From Phycisphaerae bacterium (lineage in GTDB: Bacteria; Planctomycetota; Phycisphaerae; UBA1845): DNA of 64,000 bases. The DNA is taken from NCBI GenBank assembly GCA_963666835.2, contig CAXXGO010000001.1, forward strand, positions 320,001 through 384,000. The letters run 5' to 3'. The translations under genes and the position numbers were made by a program. Below are positions 29,501 to 39,058 of this stretch, one piece after another. The notes below the pieces were generated by a model, which had not been told where the DNA came from, did not search any database, and saw only the letters and a list, made by a program, of their open reading frames with translations. The number at the start of each line of letters is the position of its first letter. The first letter of the stretch is position 1.

Positions 29501-30691
29501 GCGTTCGCACGCCTTCTCGGCGTTCTCGATGAGCGCGGTGAGTCGGCTCTCCCAGCCGGCTTGTTCCGCGGACGACGCCTCCACCACGGCCGCGGCATGA
29601 TCCGCCATGGCCACCCCACGTTCCAGCCGCTCCAGGAACATCTCTCCCTGAACCAGTAGGCTCTCGATTGTGCCGGCCAGCTCTTCACCTCGGCCGTTGC
29701 GCGACAAAGTGGAGCAACCGCTTGGAGGGCCACTGGCGGCATAGCGTACGGCGTCGCTGCCGATCGATCCGGCTCCCTGTGCGTTGCCTGCATAATCCGC
29801 TTGGGCCGGCCCGACCCAGCTTGTCGAAGCAACGGGTTCTCCGAGCAGCGCGGTTAGCGAAGCGCCTACTTCGCGGGCACTTGCGGACCGTTCAGCCTTC
29901 TCGGAGACGGTTGACGCGACAGCCTCGGTGACGCGCGCCTGCTCGGCGCGGTATGCGGCTAACATGGCCGCATGGCACATACGGTTGATCGCGCGAGGAA
30001 TACCGCCGGTCCCCTGGTGGATCAGGGCGACGGCCTCGGTGTCGAATAGGCTCGTTTCGCCCGCCCCGGCAACCCGCAGGCGGTCTTGGATGTATTGCTC
30101 AGTCTCGGCCGGTGACAGCGAAGGCACGGTGTGGTCCCCGTGGACTTGCTGACCGAGCCGCATGCACTCGGGCTGATCCAGCCGGGCGCGCAATTGGGGC
30201 TGCCCTACCAGCATGACCATGAATCGCACGTCCTCGTTGGCTTGCAGATCGGCCAGCGTACTGACGTCCGTTAGCGCCTCGGCGGAGAGGTTTTCGGCCT
30301 GGTCGATAATGAGTATTACCCGGCCGTCGGCCTTCGCCGTTCTGGTAAGGTGGCGGCGGAGCCGGGCGAGGCAGCGGACGCGGCTGCCGGAGGAGGGCAG
30401 GGTGATTCCCAGCCCCTTGCAGGCTTCGCGCAGAACGTCCAACGCTCCGTTGGCCGGGGCCGTCAGGACGGTGACCTGATCGGTGGCATTAAGGCGCGGG
30501 AGCAACGTGCGCACGAGGAGCGTCTTGCCCGCGCCGACCTCTCCCACCAGAACGGAGACGCCGCGACCGTGTTGCGCTTCGTATTCCATCGTTCGCAGGA
30601 TGTCCTCGTGCGCCGGGATGGCGCAGAAGAACTGGGCGTCGGGCCGATCCTCGAATGGTGAGTTGCGAAGTCCAAAGAAGTTGCAGTACAT
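26594..30691 (-). CDS. ExeA/GspA-like AAA ATPase fused to a ~1000-aa coiled coil
   Basis: MYCNFFGLRNSPF, Walker A GEVGAGKT, Walker B IIDQAE, LVGQPQL, GGIPRAIN; remainder is A/E/Q/L/R heptad-rich. Confidence 0.85.
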   Translation of the reverse strand: MYCNFFGLRNSPFEDRPDAQFFCAIPAHEDILRTMEYEAQHGRGVSVLVGEVGAGKTLLVRTLLPRLNATDQVTVLTAPANGALDVLREACKGLGITLPSSGSRVRCLARLRRHLTRTAKADGRVILIIDQAENLSAEALTDVSTLADLQANEDVRFMVMLVGQPQLRARLDQPECMRLGQQVHGDHTVPSLSPAETEQYIQDRLRVAGAGETSLFDTEAVALIHQGTGGIPRAINRMCHAAMLAAYRAEQARVTEAVASTVSEKAERSASAREVGASLTALLGEPVASTSWVGPAQADYAGNAQGAGSIGSDAVRYAASGPPSGCSTLSRNGRGEELAGTIESLLVQGEMFLERLERGVAMADHAAAVVEASSAEQAGWESRLTALIENAEKACERSDRVEERLTAFAEELADRGDRVQQSIAQLMTGLDASDELKGKLQTILAQISAESTGAQEAAAAQCRKLQEGIEEGERTHERLTETAWRECRARIDDYFSGLARDHDETAKETRTTIQAAVDEALCRTSDAERRLQQLLEQTTQTSKDAEQRICAMIDRAADSVSHVDVAVAAQQAAAEEALREVEQVRKTFVDSTLHDARMRLAEALAAQQSSMREEVQAAQEELQSLLQQTSTAVAEAERTVKGCATDLNERAEAVDGMHKQLASAALARFRQQLQTASETASQDLETIRNEITSATTDGRETLKECEHLRTRIAEDLRREITELTSAAQDRFQQQLQEAYEAACDDLETIRAEMKSVSDEGRDALKDCQHLRAGIVEDVRRDVSEINSRLETVRSRQAEVDSTFTTLANGVEATDQRLSEMSGVVKRMQIVITDESARADTAAGSLAEVLERGEDMLRSADKCYGQIETMQRNVAGVLVEIGTAHERLVEIHEQNQYGQQVIARLESARTDAEQVDRRLRDMVMDANNVRDAVQRIATDAESKIGPLASHTAAAGHLLGELGEANKNGHELIQKAGEAQKKLAAVNIEVASLAELSENAAHELTEGNTRAEQLISQMQEGTVSASNISSELAGRIDIADREIKRVKTEADKAGGLVDRLQRISRILATAKEVDGCVRKAVDEARAAHGELAIAVDNAIQQTAKLQDASATAGELVETQARLNHESEVSTIQLSEYVESAESTAEAGERLLNEFATQCETLRDELQALERKASQIDESVQQMSAKPSEIVASAQAQAAQLERVCAAVRKVFAGLWQASQEAKKSADESKDLNRRAVERLSLLSAETDQASNALREWVEEAMRVQTRLENTLKECPSLSETHSVNSLRRMSQLSSPLTRDGEAGPASRLRMLSEPKVREASKPKAEVEMPEPVELREEERPQPGPTRLEEVSRIIEGAKRHTLSEVAP

Positions 30692-31044
30692 CGTTTGTGC
30701 ACCTAAAGGACGACGTCCAAACCGGCGAGCCGGCGGCCCGCTCCTCGTCGAGCGCATCAACGCACAGCCCACCCCGAGGGAGCGCGCGCGTCTCAACGTC
30801 CTAAAAGAAACATCGGCGTCGGTTTTTATGGGCTGAAGTTATCGGGCAGAGGTAATCAGGCGGCGGAGACGCCCTTTCTTCTGCGGGATATCCCGGTGCT
30901 CAGGGCTGATATCAGCCATGTTGCGAGGTTGGCGGGCGGCGGCGGGGACGGGCAGGCGATACGCGGCGGACGCCGAGGACCTGAGCGATCCATCCTCATC
31001 GCACTTGCGTGAAAACTAAGGACCCGCGACCGCGGTGGACGTAG

Positions 31045-31470
31045 TCACGGTTTGTCCGGGGCCTTGATCGGCAAGTCGAACAAGCTCCCGTCTGGATGCT
31101 TCAGCCACAGCCGCCGGTGCTCTGCAACCGGGGTACGCTCCAGCCGGTCTTTGCCGTCCACGATGACGCGAATCTGTATGTAGTCGTCGATAAGATACAG
31201 AACGTCTCGGCGACCGGTCCCTCCCCAGTGGATCGCCGCTCTATCCTGGTACTTCCCGGCGAGGATAGTATCGAGATTGTTCAGCTTGTCGCCGATTGAG
31301 ACGCGTTCATGAAGATACTCCGCCCAGAGCGCCATGACGAATGTGACGCTGTCTCTTTCGCTGCGGATGCTCACGTCCTGCGGACCTTCGGGCTGCGCCA
31401 TCGCTATGACCGAGCAGAGAAACCCGCATGCGCCAACAGCTAATGCGACAATACTGACCTTATGCATCAT
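31045..31470 (-). CDS. Hypothetical secreted protein
   Basis: Signal peptide-like N-terminus; ATGA overlap with the upstream gene; GAGG RBS. Confidence 0.6.
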   Translation of the reverse strand: MMHKVSIVALAVGACGFLCSVIAMAQPEGPQDVSIRSERDSVTFVMALWAEYLHERVSIGDKLNNLDTILAGKYQDRAAIHWGGTGRRDVLYLIDDYIQIRVIVDGKDRLERTPVAEHRRLWLKHPDGSLFDLPIKAPDKP

Positions 31471-32111
31471 TCCACCTCTTTCATAAACTGCCTCGCCTCG
31501 ACGCGGGAGAACCGCCACCACCATGCAATGGCTCCGATCGCACCGAAAAGAGCGATCACCATTATCGGCAGCGTGTAGAACTTGACCGTCGGTAGCAACG
31601 AGACGCTGTACCGCGCCACCAGCTCGTGCGGTATGGCGGCGAGAGCCGGCGCGGGCTCTTCGACCTGTAGGCGGGCGTCGTAGGCGCCGACCGGAAAGGA
31701 CGGCGAGCGCATCCGAAAGGCCCGCTCCCGACGTCCCGATGGAAGCGCGTGTTCGATGAGAGAATCACCCTCAAGCGTGCTTTCGTACACCGTGTTCCCG
31801 AGTCTGTCGGTAACGATAAACCTGGCGATCAACCCGGACAACAACGCGCCGTCTGCCACCGACTTCGTTGCATCGGACGGCACCTCCACATGGAGGTATA
31901 CGTCCATTGGCGGTATGTACATTTGTGTGAAATCACCGGCGTATGTACCGCGTTCTGAAAGATCGACCGCCAGCCTCATCGGGACGGCCTGCTGCAAATG
32001 ACGGATCCGCTGCTCATATTGTATTGTGCAATAGAGAGACGCACCTGCAATGCACATGAACAAAACCGCCAAGCCACCTGCGAAACACCGAGCAAAGCTG
32101 TGCATCACCAT
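31467..32111 (-). CDS. Hypothetical membrane protein (N- and C-terminal TM segments)
   Basis: Two hydrophobic helices flanking a beta-rich domain; translationally coupled to the next gene. Confidence 0.65.
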   Translation of the reverse strand: MVMHSFARCFAGGLAVLFMCIAGASLYCTIQYEQRIRHLQQAVPMRLAVDLSERGTYAGDFTQMYIPPMDVYLHVEVPSDATKSVADGALLSGLIARFIVTDRLGNTVYESTLEGDSLIEHALPSGRRERAFRMRSPSFPVGAYDARLQVEEPAPALAAIPHELVARYSVSLLPTVKFYTLPIMVIALFGAIGAIAWWWRFSRVEARQFMKEVE

Positions 32112-32443
32112 GCCTTCGTGTACATGCGTACGCTGACATCAATCGCATTCCACCAGGGTACTCTAACAGAACTCCACGCGCGCTGCCACCGGAGGAGCAG
32201 ACGACGGACGACCAAAAACGCCAGCGGAGAATTGTGACGCCTCCAGTCTCGCGGCCAATTGATGCGGACCCGCCACGGTATAATCGGCCGTAATCGCGTG
32301 ATTCCCATGCCAGGCATAGCCACTCAGGCGCGGGACCGCTCAATCTCAGAGACCAAATGGCGGGGCCAGCCCCCGCGGGGCTAACCCCGGTGACTTTGCT
32401 TGAAGGCATAGGTTTTGCGTCATTCTGTTCGTTACGCGGCATA

Positions 32444-32890
32444 CTGCAGGCAGGATGCCTGCGCTACGCGAAGGACGCCGGCGCGGGTCGATGCGTGGCC
32501 CGAAGAGGCTTAACAACATAGCCCAGGGTCGGTCCCGGCTTGCCGGGACGCCACCCTGCGTATCGGAACGTCAAATCCGATCGAGCCCTGCAAGGGTTCC
32601 ACAAACCGAAGGCCATTGTTCAACCCGCTTCGGGGTCGGTGTTTAAAGGGACTTTGTGCCCCAGGGTCGCACTTCGCGGCTGCGCCGCTTCGTTTACCCT
32701 CGGCTTTGCTGTTAAACTCCTTCGGCGTAAGTCCGGAAGGTGCACGTCGCGCGGAAACCACGGCCGGCGCATGACTCGGGGTCAGGATGGGACGCTAACC
32801 CTTTCCTGTACGGCTCCTTCATCCGCTACTCCATGCCGGTTTATCCCGGCGCTTTCCAGGTCTCGTGCCTCGACCGTGCCCTACGGGACT
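32444..32890. repeat. REP cluster with a long imperfect fold-back element (32498-32730)
   Basis: GCAGGCAGGATGCCTGCGCTAC at ~32446; CCCGAAGAGG..TAGCCCAGGG..CCCTCGGCT..CCTTCGG; main REP at 32857-32884. Confidence 0.7.
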
Positions 32891-33194
32891 GCGGCAACAT
32901 CACGCGGAAGGTGACGCAGCTTGCGGATTCCGAGCCAGAAGAGCCGCGCATCCGTTCAAGCTGCCGGTCTTCCTCCAACGGTCGCGCGGCCTTGCGGTTC
33001 TTAGGATCGCAGCCGGCGTGACTTCGGATAACCACAAGGCAGTGGAGAGTGTCCCCCAATCGGTCGCCTCCAGGAATCTGCCGCTTAGGCCTTTCCATGC
33101 TCTCTGCCACTTGATATAGTGGACCGCTCAATCCCCGGCACAGGGTGAGTGTGCGCTTACAAATCCGGAATCCCAATCAGAGGAAGGAGCAATC

Positions 33195-35216
33195 ATGGCG
33201 GGAAGTCTGCGACTACGGTGCGGTTTGATTGGTGTGGTTCTAACGACGGCGGCCACATTGGGAGCGGAACTCTCCGTCCCCGACGATCCGCTCTTAGCAG
33301 AGCAGTGGGGGCTACACAACGTCGGGCAGGAGGTGGCCGGGATAGCCGGGACGCCCGGAGCTGACGTCGCAGCCCTCAAGGCCTGGGCCGATTACTACCC
33401 GACTCGCCCGGTGACTGTGGCGATTGTCGGCACGGGGGTCGACCCGCATCCGGAGTTCGCCGATCGGCTCCTCGAGGGCTACGCGATCGTCGGCGATCCC
33501 TACAACAGTCTGGACATCGGCGTGTCCGATCCGCTCGGGACATACGTGGCCGGGGTGGTGGCGGCCTCGCGGGGTAATGCGGTGGGAATCGCCGGGGTGG
33601 ATGACACGGTCCGACTGCTGCCGGTCCGGGTGTTCGCGGAGGGCACCGGCAGTGAGATTGCGGTGGCCGCGGGCATTGTCTGGGCGGTTGATAACGACGC
33701 CGATGTGGTCCTGGTTCCTCTGCAATACTATGGTGGCTCGCAGGCTCTTCAGGATGCCGTCGCATACGCGTATGCCCAAGGAGTGCTGGTCATTGCTCCG
33801 ACCGGCAAACAGGGGTATTCGTCGCTGGCCTACCCGGCGGCGTTCGACGGGTGTCTGGCGATAGCGGCCACGACTAACCGCGACGAGCGGGCGGACTTCT
33901 CGAACTACGGCGTCGGGGTGGACTTAGCCGCACCGGGTTGGAATGTTCTTTCCACCTGGCGGCCAGATACTTATGCAAGTCTGGAGGTGGCGTGGAACTC
34001 GGCCGCTGCCATGGTGGCCGGGGCTGCGGCGATGGTCCTGTCGCACTCGCCGGGGTTAAGCCCGATCGAGGCCGGGCAGGTCTTGTTGGACTCGGCGGAC
34101 GACCTCGGAGACCCAAGCTTCTTCGGGCATGGGCGTTTGAATATCGCCGCGGCTTTGACGCTGGCCCCGGCACCGGCCGTGCGGTTTGAGCATGTGGGCG
34201 CGGTTCCGAGCACTATTGAGGCCGATACGCCGGCGATCTTCTTCGTGCGTGTTTCAGATGGGTCGCAGGCAGTGGTGCTCGGCTCGGTGCGTTTATGGTA
34301 TCGCACACCGGGCGGGGCGTTTCGTGCCCGGGTCCCGGCGGCGGCCGGCGGAATGTATACCGTGGAGTTGCCGCCGGTGTTGTGCGATGAAGTTGTCGAG
34401 TTCTACCTCGCGGCCGCCGGCGACGGCGGCACGACGGTTTTCGATCCGCCGGGCGGGTCTGCGGAGCCGTATACCGCCCACGCGGCCGAGCGCGTATTGC
34501 TGTTCGCCGACGACTTCGAAACGGCGCAGCCGGGGTGGACCGCCGTTGCGGAAGGGGTGAACCCGACGGGTTTGTGGGAGCGCGCCGTTCCGGTGGGTAC
34601 GACGGCCCAGCCCGGCTTCGACCGCACTCCGAATGCCGGAACGTCTTGCTATATCACCGGTCAACACCACGGCGGGCATGACGGAACGAACGATGTCGAC
34701 GGCGGTCCGGTTCGGCTACTCAGCCCGCCGGTGGCGATTGCCGGGGAGTATGACATCGAGGTGCGTTATGCGCAGTGGTTCCATTCATCCGGTGACGATG
34801 TGGACGAGATGGTCGTGGAGTTCTCCTGTGACAACGGCGTGTCATGGCAGGTTGCGGACGTGGTCGAACCGACCGCCGGCTGGGAGTTTCACAGCTTTCG
34901 TCTCGGTGATCTTCCCGGGGTGACCAGTGACGAGCTACGGGTCCGATGGTCCGTGGCCGACGCTGGGGATCCATCACTGACCGAAGCGGCGATTGACGAG
35001 TTTGCGGTATGGGCGATACGCTGCGGATCGTTGAAAGGCGACTTCGACGGTGACGGCGACGTGGATCTTGACGACTGTGCGGCGTTTCCCGAATGCCTGG
35101 TCGGCCCGCTGGAGACTCCGGGCAACCAGGCCTGCGCCGCGTTCGACTATGATAACGACGGCGACGTCGACCTGCCGGATACGGCGAAGCTGCAACGGTC
35201 GTTTGACGTGCCATAG
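33195..35216 (+). CDS. Secreted S8 (subtilisin-like) protein, probably inactive, with beta-sandwich domains and dockerin-like C-terminus
   Basis: Signal peptide, QWGLHN, GIAGV, FSNYG..VDLAAPG, FGHGRLN; GDFDGDGDVDLDD and DYDNDGDVDLPD. Confidence 0.85.
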   Translation: MAGSLRLRCGLIGVVLTTAATLGAELSVPDDPLLAEQWGLHNVGQEVAGIAGTPGADVAALKAWADYYPTRPVTVAIVGTGVDPHPEFADRLLEGYAIVGDPYNSLDIGVSDPLGTYVAGVVAASRGNAVGIAGVDDTVRLLPVRVFAEGTGSEIAVAAGIVWAVDNDADVVLVPLQYYGGSQALQDAVAYAYAQGVLVIAPTGKQGYSSLAYPAAFDGCLAIAATTNRDERADFSNYGVGVDLAAPGWNVLSTWRPDTYASLEVAWNSAAAMVAGAAAMVLSHSPGLSPIEAGQVLLDSADDLGDPSFFGHGRLNIAAALTLAPAPAVRFEHVGAVPSTIEADTPAIFFVRVSDGSQAVVLGSVRLWYRTPGGAFRARVPAAAGGMYTVELPPVLCDEVVEFYLAAAGDGGTTVFDPPGGSAEPYTAHAAERVLLFADDFETAQPGWTAVAEGVNPTGLWERAVPVGTTAQPGFDRTPNAGTSCYITGQHHGGHDGTNDVDGGPVRLLSPPVAIAGEYDIEVRYAQWFHSSGDDVDEMVVEFSCDNGVSWQVADVVEPTAGWEFHSFRLGDLPGVTSDELRVRWSVADAGDPSLTEAAIDEFAVWAIRCGSLKGDFDGDGDVDLDDCAAFPECLVGPLETPGNQACAAFDYDNDGDVDLPDTAKLQRSFDVP

Positions 35217-35304
35217 AAGGAGCACGGCGACGACCGCCTATCATCCTGCGGCGCCGGCATTGAGACGGGCGTCTTCTATGACGGTATGGTGTCACTATGA
35301 GTCT

Positions 35305-35720
35305 GGTAGCATGGGTCAACTTGTTGACCCGTGTTACGCAAGCGGCGCCATTTGTAGGGCATGGTCGAGGTACGAGACCTGCCGCGGCCCTTGTATGACA
35401 GACAGTATCGCAACAGGTGGCCCGCCTCTTCAGAGGTGGGGGACTCGAAATGTGTCTAGCTTTGTAGGGCAGGTCGAGGCACGAGACCTGCCGCAACGGC
35501 GTGCATTGTCCAAAGCCATGGACGGGTGGCCCACCTCGTTAGAGGTGGTGGACTCGGAATGTGTTTAGCTTTGTAGGGCACGGTACGAGACCTGCCGCAA
35601 GAACGGTAGAGTCCGCTGTGCGGACCGTTTGGTTCCGGGTTCTGCCGCGCGTTGTTTTGTGCGTTGTGCGACGTGCTGCAGGCAGGATGCCTGCGTTACG
35701 TGATGGCGTCCCCCACCGCT
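35305..35720. repeat. BIME-like array, ~110-bp period, alternating GTAG REP and GGGTGG hairpin
   Basis: TTTGTAGGGCA at 35351, 35461, 35570; GGTGGCCCrCCTC..AGAGGTGG hairpins between them. Confidence 0.8.
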
Positions 35721-35723
35721 AAA

Positions 35724-37570
35724 GGGCCTGTCGGTTTAGTCGCAGCAGACGGAGTATGGGTGAGCGATCTCCGTGCGGCTCGCGCTGTTGCACGGCTACG
35801 TTCTCCTCATCCAATCCGTGTCATCGTGGGCGTCCCTGGCAGATCAGACTCCCTATCTTCCCTAATAGAACGGTTTTTCCTGCGCGCAAGCCTTTTTAGG
35901 CCTCTTACATGGCTTTGACCCGACCGTCGGCGCGCAGAGCTCCCACTATCGCTATCAGTTTCTTTATGTTGAAGGCTGTGCATGCCCATAACCACTCGGT
36001 TCGGACCTTGTCCAATCCACGTAGCAGAAACTGCCGAAGCCCCATTGCATGCTTGATGACTGCGTTGGGAGTCTCCGCCAGATGCGCCCGCCGTGCGTAG
36101 TCCTTCTTACCGGATGCCGTCTTCAGCCGCGCCGCAACCTTCTGGCGAAGCGGTTCATGTTGATCATGTGAAACCGTTCGCCGCTTGCACTTGCCGGATA
36201 GACAATCTTCCGCCAGCCTGCAACCCTCACATGACAAACACCGATAGACCCGGTATTCCGAATCGGCGCCGTTCTCACGACCCTTCGTCTTGACTTGATC
36301 AAACGTCAGCCGGCGACCCTGTGGGCAGTAATAGCAGTCTTCTTCCCGCTGATAAACGAAGGCGGCGCGGTCCAGCTTTCCCGTCTGACGACGACGAGGA
36401 AGCTTAGCCCAGTCCGCCTCCGGCACCGGGGTACTCGGGTCCGAACGTTCCGCCGGATTGTCATCCGGCAACCGCGAAGTCCCCGTAGGCATCAAAGGTT
36501 CATTCCCCGATCCACCAACGCCGAGAGGTTGCCACCCGTGCCAAACGTTGAATCTGCCACCAACTGCCCGGGTTTCTGACCAAAAGCGGATTCAATACGC
36601 TCGGCCGTGGGGATTACGGCCTCCGCTTCGTTAATCTCGTTGAGCACGTCCCCATCCACGATCATCCCGCACTCATCATCCGCAGCGGCCACTGGATTGT
36701 AATTCGGACCACAGCCGCCCTCTTTGTTGGGCATGATCGTCGAATCCGGGTCAGCCACCGGAACTTTGGCCTTACGTCTCGAAGTGCTTTGGGGCTTGCT
36801 ATGCTTGGCGTCGATCTTCTTCGCAGCCTCCAAAGCCTTATGAAGTTGTTTCTGACGCTTCTTCAGGTCGCCCAATTCAGACGGCAGGGTGTTGACCGAA
36901 ACGCTATCGCCGAACAGATCCCTCTCGCTACGATCTACCTGATCCGCCTCGACCAACACTCTCTCGATCTGCTCGTCCCAAACACGTAATCGTTCTTCAA
37001 GCGTCTTGACAGTGGCCGTCGCATGTGGACTGCTATTCGCTTTGACGCGAGTCCCGTCCAACGCCACCTGATTCAGGCGTATCAATCCCATTTGCATAGC
37101 CACGCGGCCGATCTGTCGGAACAGATCCTTCAGTTCTCATTTGAACCTCGTGCGGAAATCACAGAACGTGGAATGGTCAATGCTCCGTCCTTCCGTCAGC
37201 CACCTGAAGTCGACAGCGTGACCGCACGCCCACTCCAGACGCCGACTCGATCGGATCCCGTTGGTCAGACCGTACAGAATCGCCCCGGCCATGATCTTAG
37301 GATGAATCGGCGGCTGCCCCGCCACCAGAACATAATGTTGCTCCCAGCTTGCCCAATCCAGTCCATCGAGGATTTCCATCAAGAGCCGCACCGAGTGATT
37401 CTCGGGGATGCGGTCTCCCAACGTCTCGGGAATCAGGAGTATTTGGTCTCTGGGCAGCGGGGCTCGGTTCCATCTGCTCATGCTCGTTGCCTCCCTGCGA
37501 CGCCTCTCTTCCTGACGCTCGGCCACGAACACCTGCCATCAAGAACCATGCCAATTAAATCGACAGGCCC
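35724..37570 (-). mobile_element. IS1182-family insertion sequence (1847 bp)
   Basis: TIR GGGCCTGTCGrTTTArT at both ends; 4-bp target duplication TAAA (35720-35723, 37571-37574). Confidence 0.9.
35905..37481 (-). pseudogene. IS1182-family transposase, disrupted
   Basis: IPENHSVR, SSRRLE, DHSTFCDFR, LDGTRVKAN, YYCPQG, RQFLLRG; in-frame TGA at 37137-37139 and a frameshift near 36495. Confidence 0.9.
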
Positions 37571-37705
37571 TAAAGAGGTGGGCCACCCTTCGTTGCCGGG
37601 TCCAGGGATCGCGTAAACAACCAGCCGGCGGGCGGATCGCGGGATCAGCCCGAAGGGCTGAAAGACAGTAGCCGTGGGCATCGCCCACGGACAGCCCCGC
37701 AGACG

Positions 37706-39058
37706 TCAGGCATTTTCGAGAATCTCGTTCAGCTTATCGACGGTGATACCGAGTTCGACGGCGGCTTTGGCTTTGTTGCCGCCCATGAAGCGGACGGTGT
37801 CATCGACGTGGTCCCGCATCACGTCCTTCAGGCTCCGCGGACGAAAGCTGATCAGACTCCGGCGGCCGGAGGTTAAAATGTCGCGCATGTAATGGGCCAG
37901 CGAGTCTATCCCGACCAGTTTGCTCTCGGTGTTGATGACGCTGGTGGCCACGACGTCGCTTAGCTCCTGAACATTGCCGGGGAAGTCGTAGCTCAGCAGC
38001 AGGTCCATCAGTTCGTCGGTGAAGCCGTCCACCTTGCGGTTTACTCTCTTGGCCTCCCTTTGCAGGATGTCGTTGGCCAGAATGGGAATGTCCTTCCTGC
38101 GCTCCCGCAACGGCGGCAAGCGCAGCGAGTTAACCATCAGGTGATAGAGCAGGTCCCGTGAGAAGGTATCTTGGTACTTCTCCACAGTTAAGTCGTGGAG
38201 CGAAGCGACAATAATCCGCACGTCAATCCGGTTGATGCGCGGTGAAGACTCCCGGTAGAACTCCTTTTGTTGAATGACCCGGTTTAGTCTCAACTGGACG
38301 GGGATCGGAAGAAGCTCGATGTTGTTGATGAACAGCGTCCCGCCGTCGGCCTCTTCAAGAAAGCCCGGACGGTTTGGTTTCTCCTGATCTTCTGGGTTGG
38401 CGCCGAAGAACTCCCGGGGGAATTCGTCCATGTTGTGGGCGGCGGCGTCGACGGCGACGAAGGGCCCGTCGCGGCGCGGGCTTGCTCCGTGGATGGCCTT
38501 GGCCAGGGACATCTTCCCCGTTCCTCGTTCGCCGAAGATGAAAACGCACAGATCGCCCGAGGCCATCTTCTCCGCTTGGTGGAAGAGCCGGATCATCAGC
38601 GGAGACTGTGACCGCAGGTGGTCGAAGGCCTCCCGATAGTCCAGATCTTCCCGCTTGAGCTGCGTCGGCAGGTCCTTGATATGGTCCTTCGTAGCGCCGT
38701 GTGTTATAGCCTTGCCGAGCACCTCGATAAGCAGCTCGTCATCGACGGGTTTGGTCAGGTAGTCGAAGGCGCCTCTCTTGAGCGACTTGACCGCCAACTC
38801 CGCGTCGTTCACGCCGCTGAGCACCACCACCGGGAGGCTGATACCTTTTTCGTTGATGTGCTTGATGATGTCCATCCCGCTGAGGTGGGGCATGTCCATA
38901 TCCAGGAGCATCGCGTCGAACTCGTCCTTGGCCAGCAGGTCGGGGACGCCGCGCGGGTCGTTCAGAATCGTCGGCTCGAATTCCCCGGTCTGCATGAGGA
39001 AGACCATCAGGTGGTTCGTCACGGCTACGTCATCGTCAACCAGAAGGAGTTTTTTCAT
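37706..39058 (-). CDS. NtrC/AtoC-like response regulator (REC-AAA-HTH) with degenerate sigma54-activator motifs
   Basis: LLVDDD, LLDMDMP, YLTKP, GERGTGK, ADGGTLF, FPGNVQEL, GNKAKAAVELGI. Confidence 0.9.
   Translation of the reverse strand: MKKLLLVDDDVAVTNHLMVFLMQTGEFEPTILNDPRGVPDLLAKDEFDAMLLDMDMPHLSGMDIIKHINEKGISLPVVVLSGVNDAELAVKSLKRGAFDYLTKPVDDELLIEVLGKAITHGATKDHIKDLPTQLKREDLDYREAFDHLRSQSPLMIRLFHQAEKMASGDLCVFIFGERGTGKMSLAKAIHGASPRRDGPFVAVDAAAHNMDEFPREFFGANPEDQEKPNRPGFLEEADGGTLFINNIELLPIPVQLRLNRVIQQKEFYRESSPRINRIDVRIIVASLHDLTVEKYQDTFSRDLLYHLMVNSLRLPPLRERRKDIPILANDILQREAKRVNRKVDGFTDELMDLLLSYDFPGNVQELSDVVATSVINTESKLVGIDSLAHYMRDILTSGRRSLISFRPRSLKDVMRDHVDDTVRFMGGNKAKAAVELGITVDKLNEILENA

Noticed and set aside
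36485..36510. Programmed frameshift in the IS1182 transposase
   Set aside because: No slippery heptamer at the junction, and IS1182 transposases are normally single ORFs
37137..37139. In-frame TGA in the IS1182 transposase as recoding or selenocysteine
   Set aside because: TGA is a normal stop in many genes here and the same gene has a separate frameshift; decay is the simpler explanation
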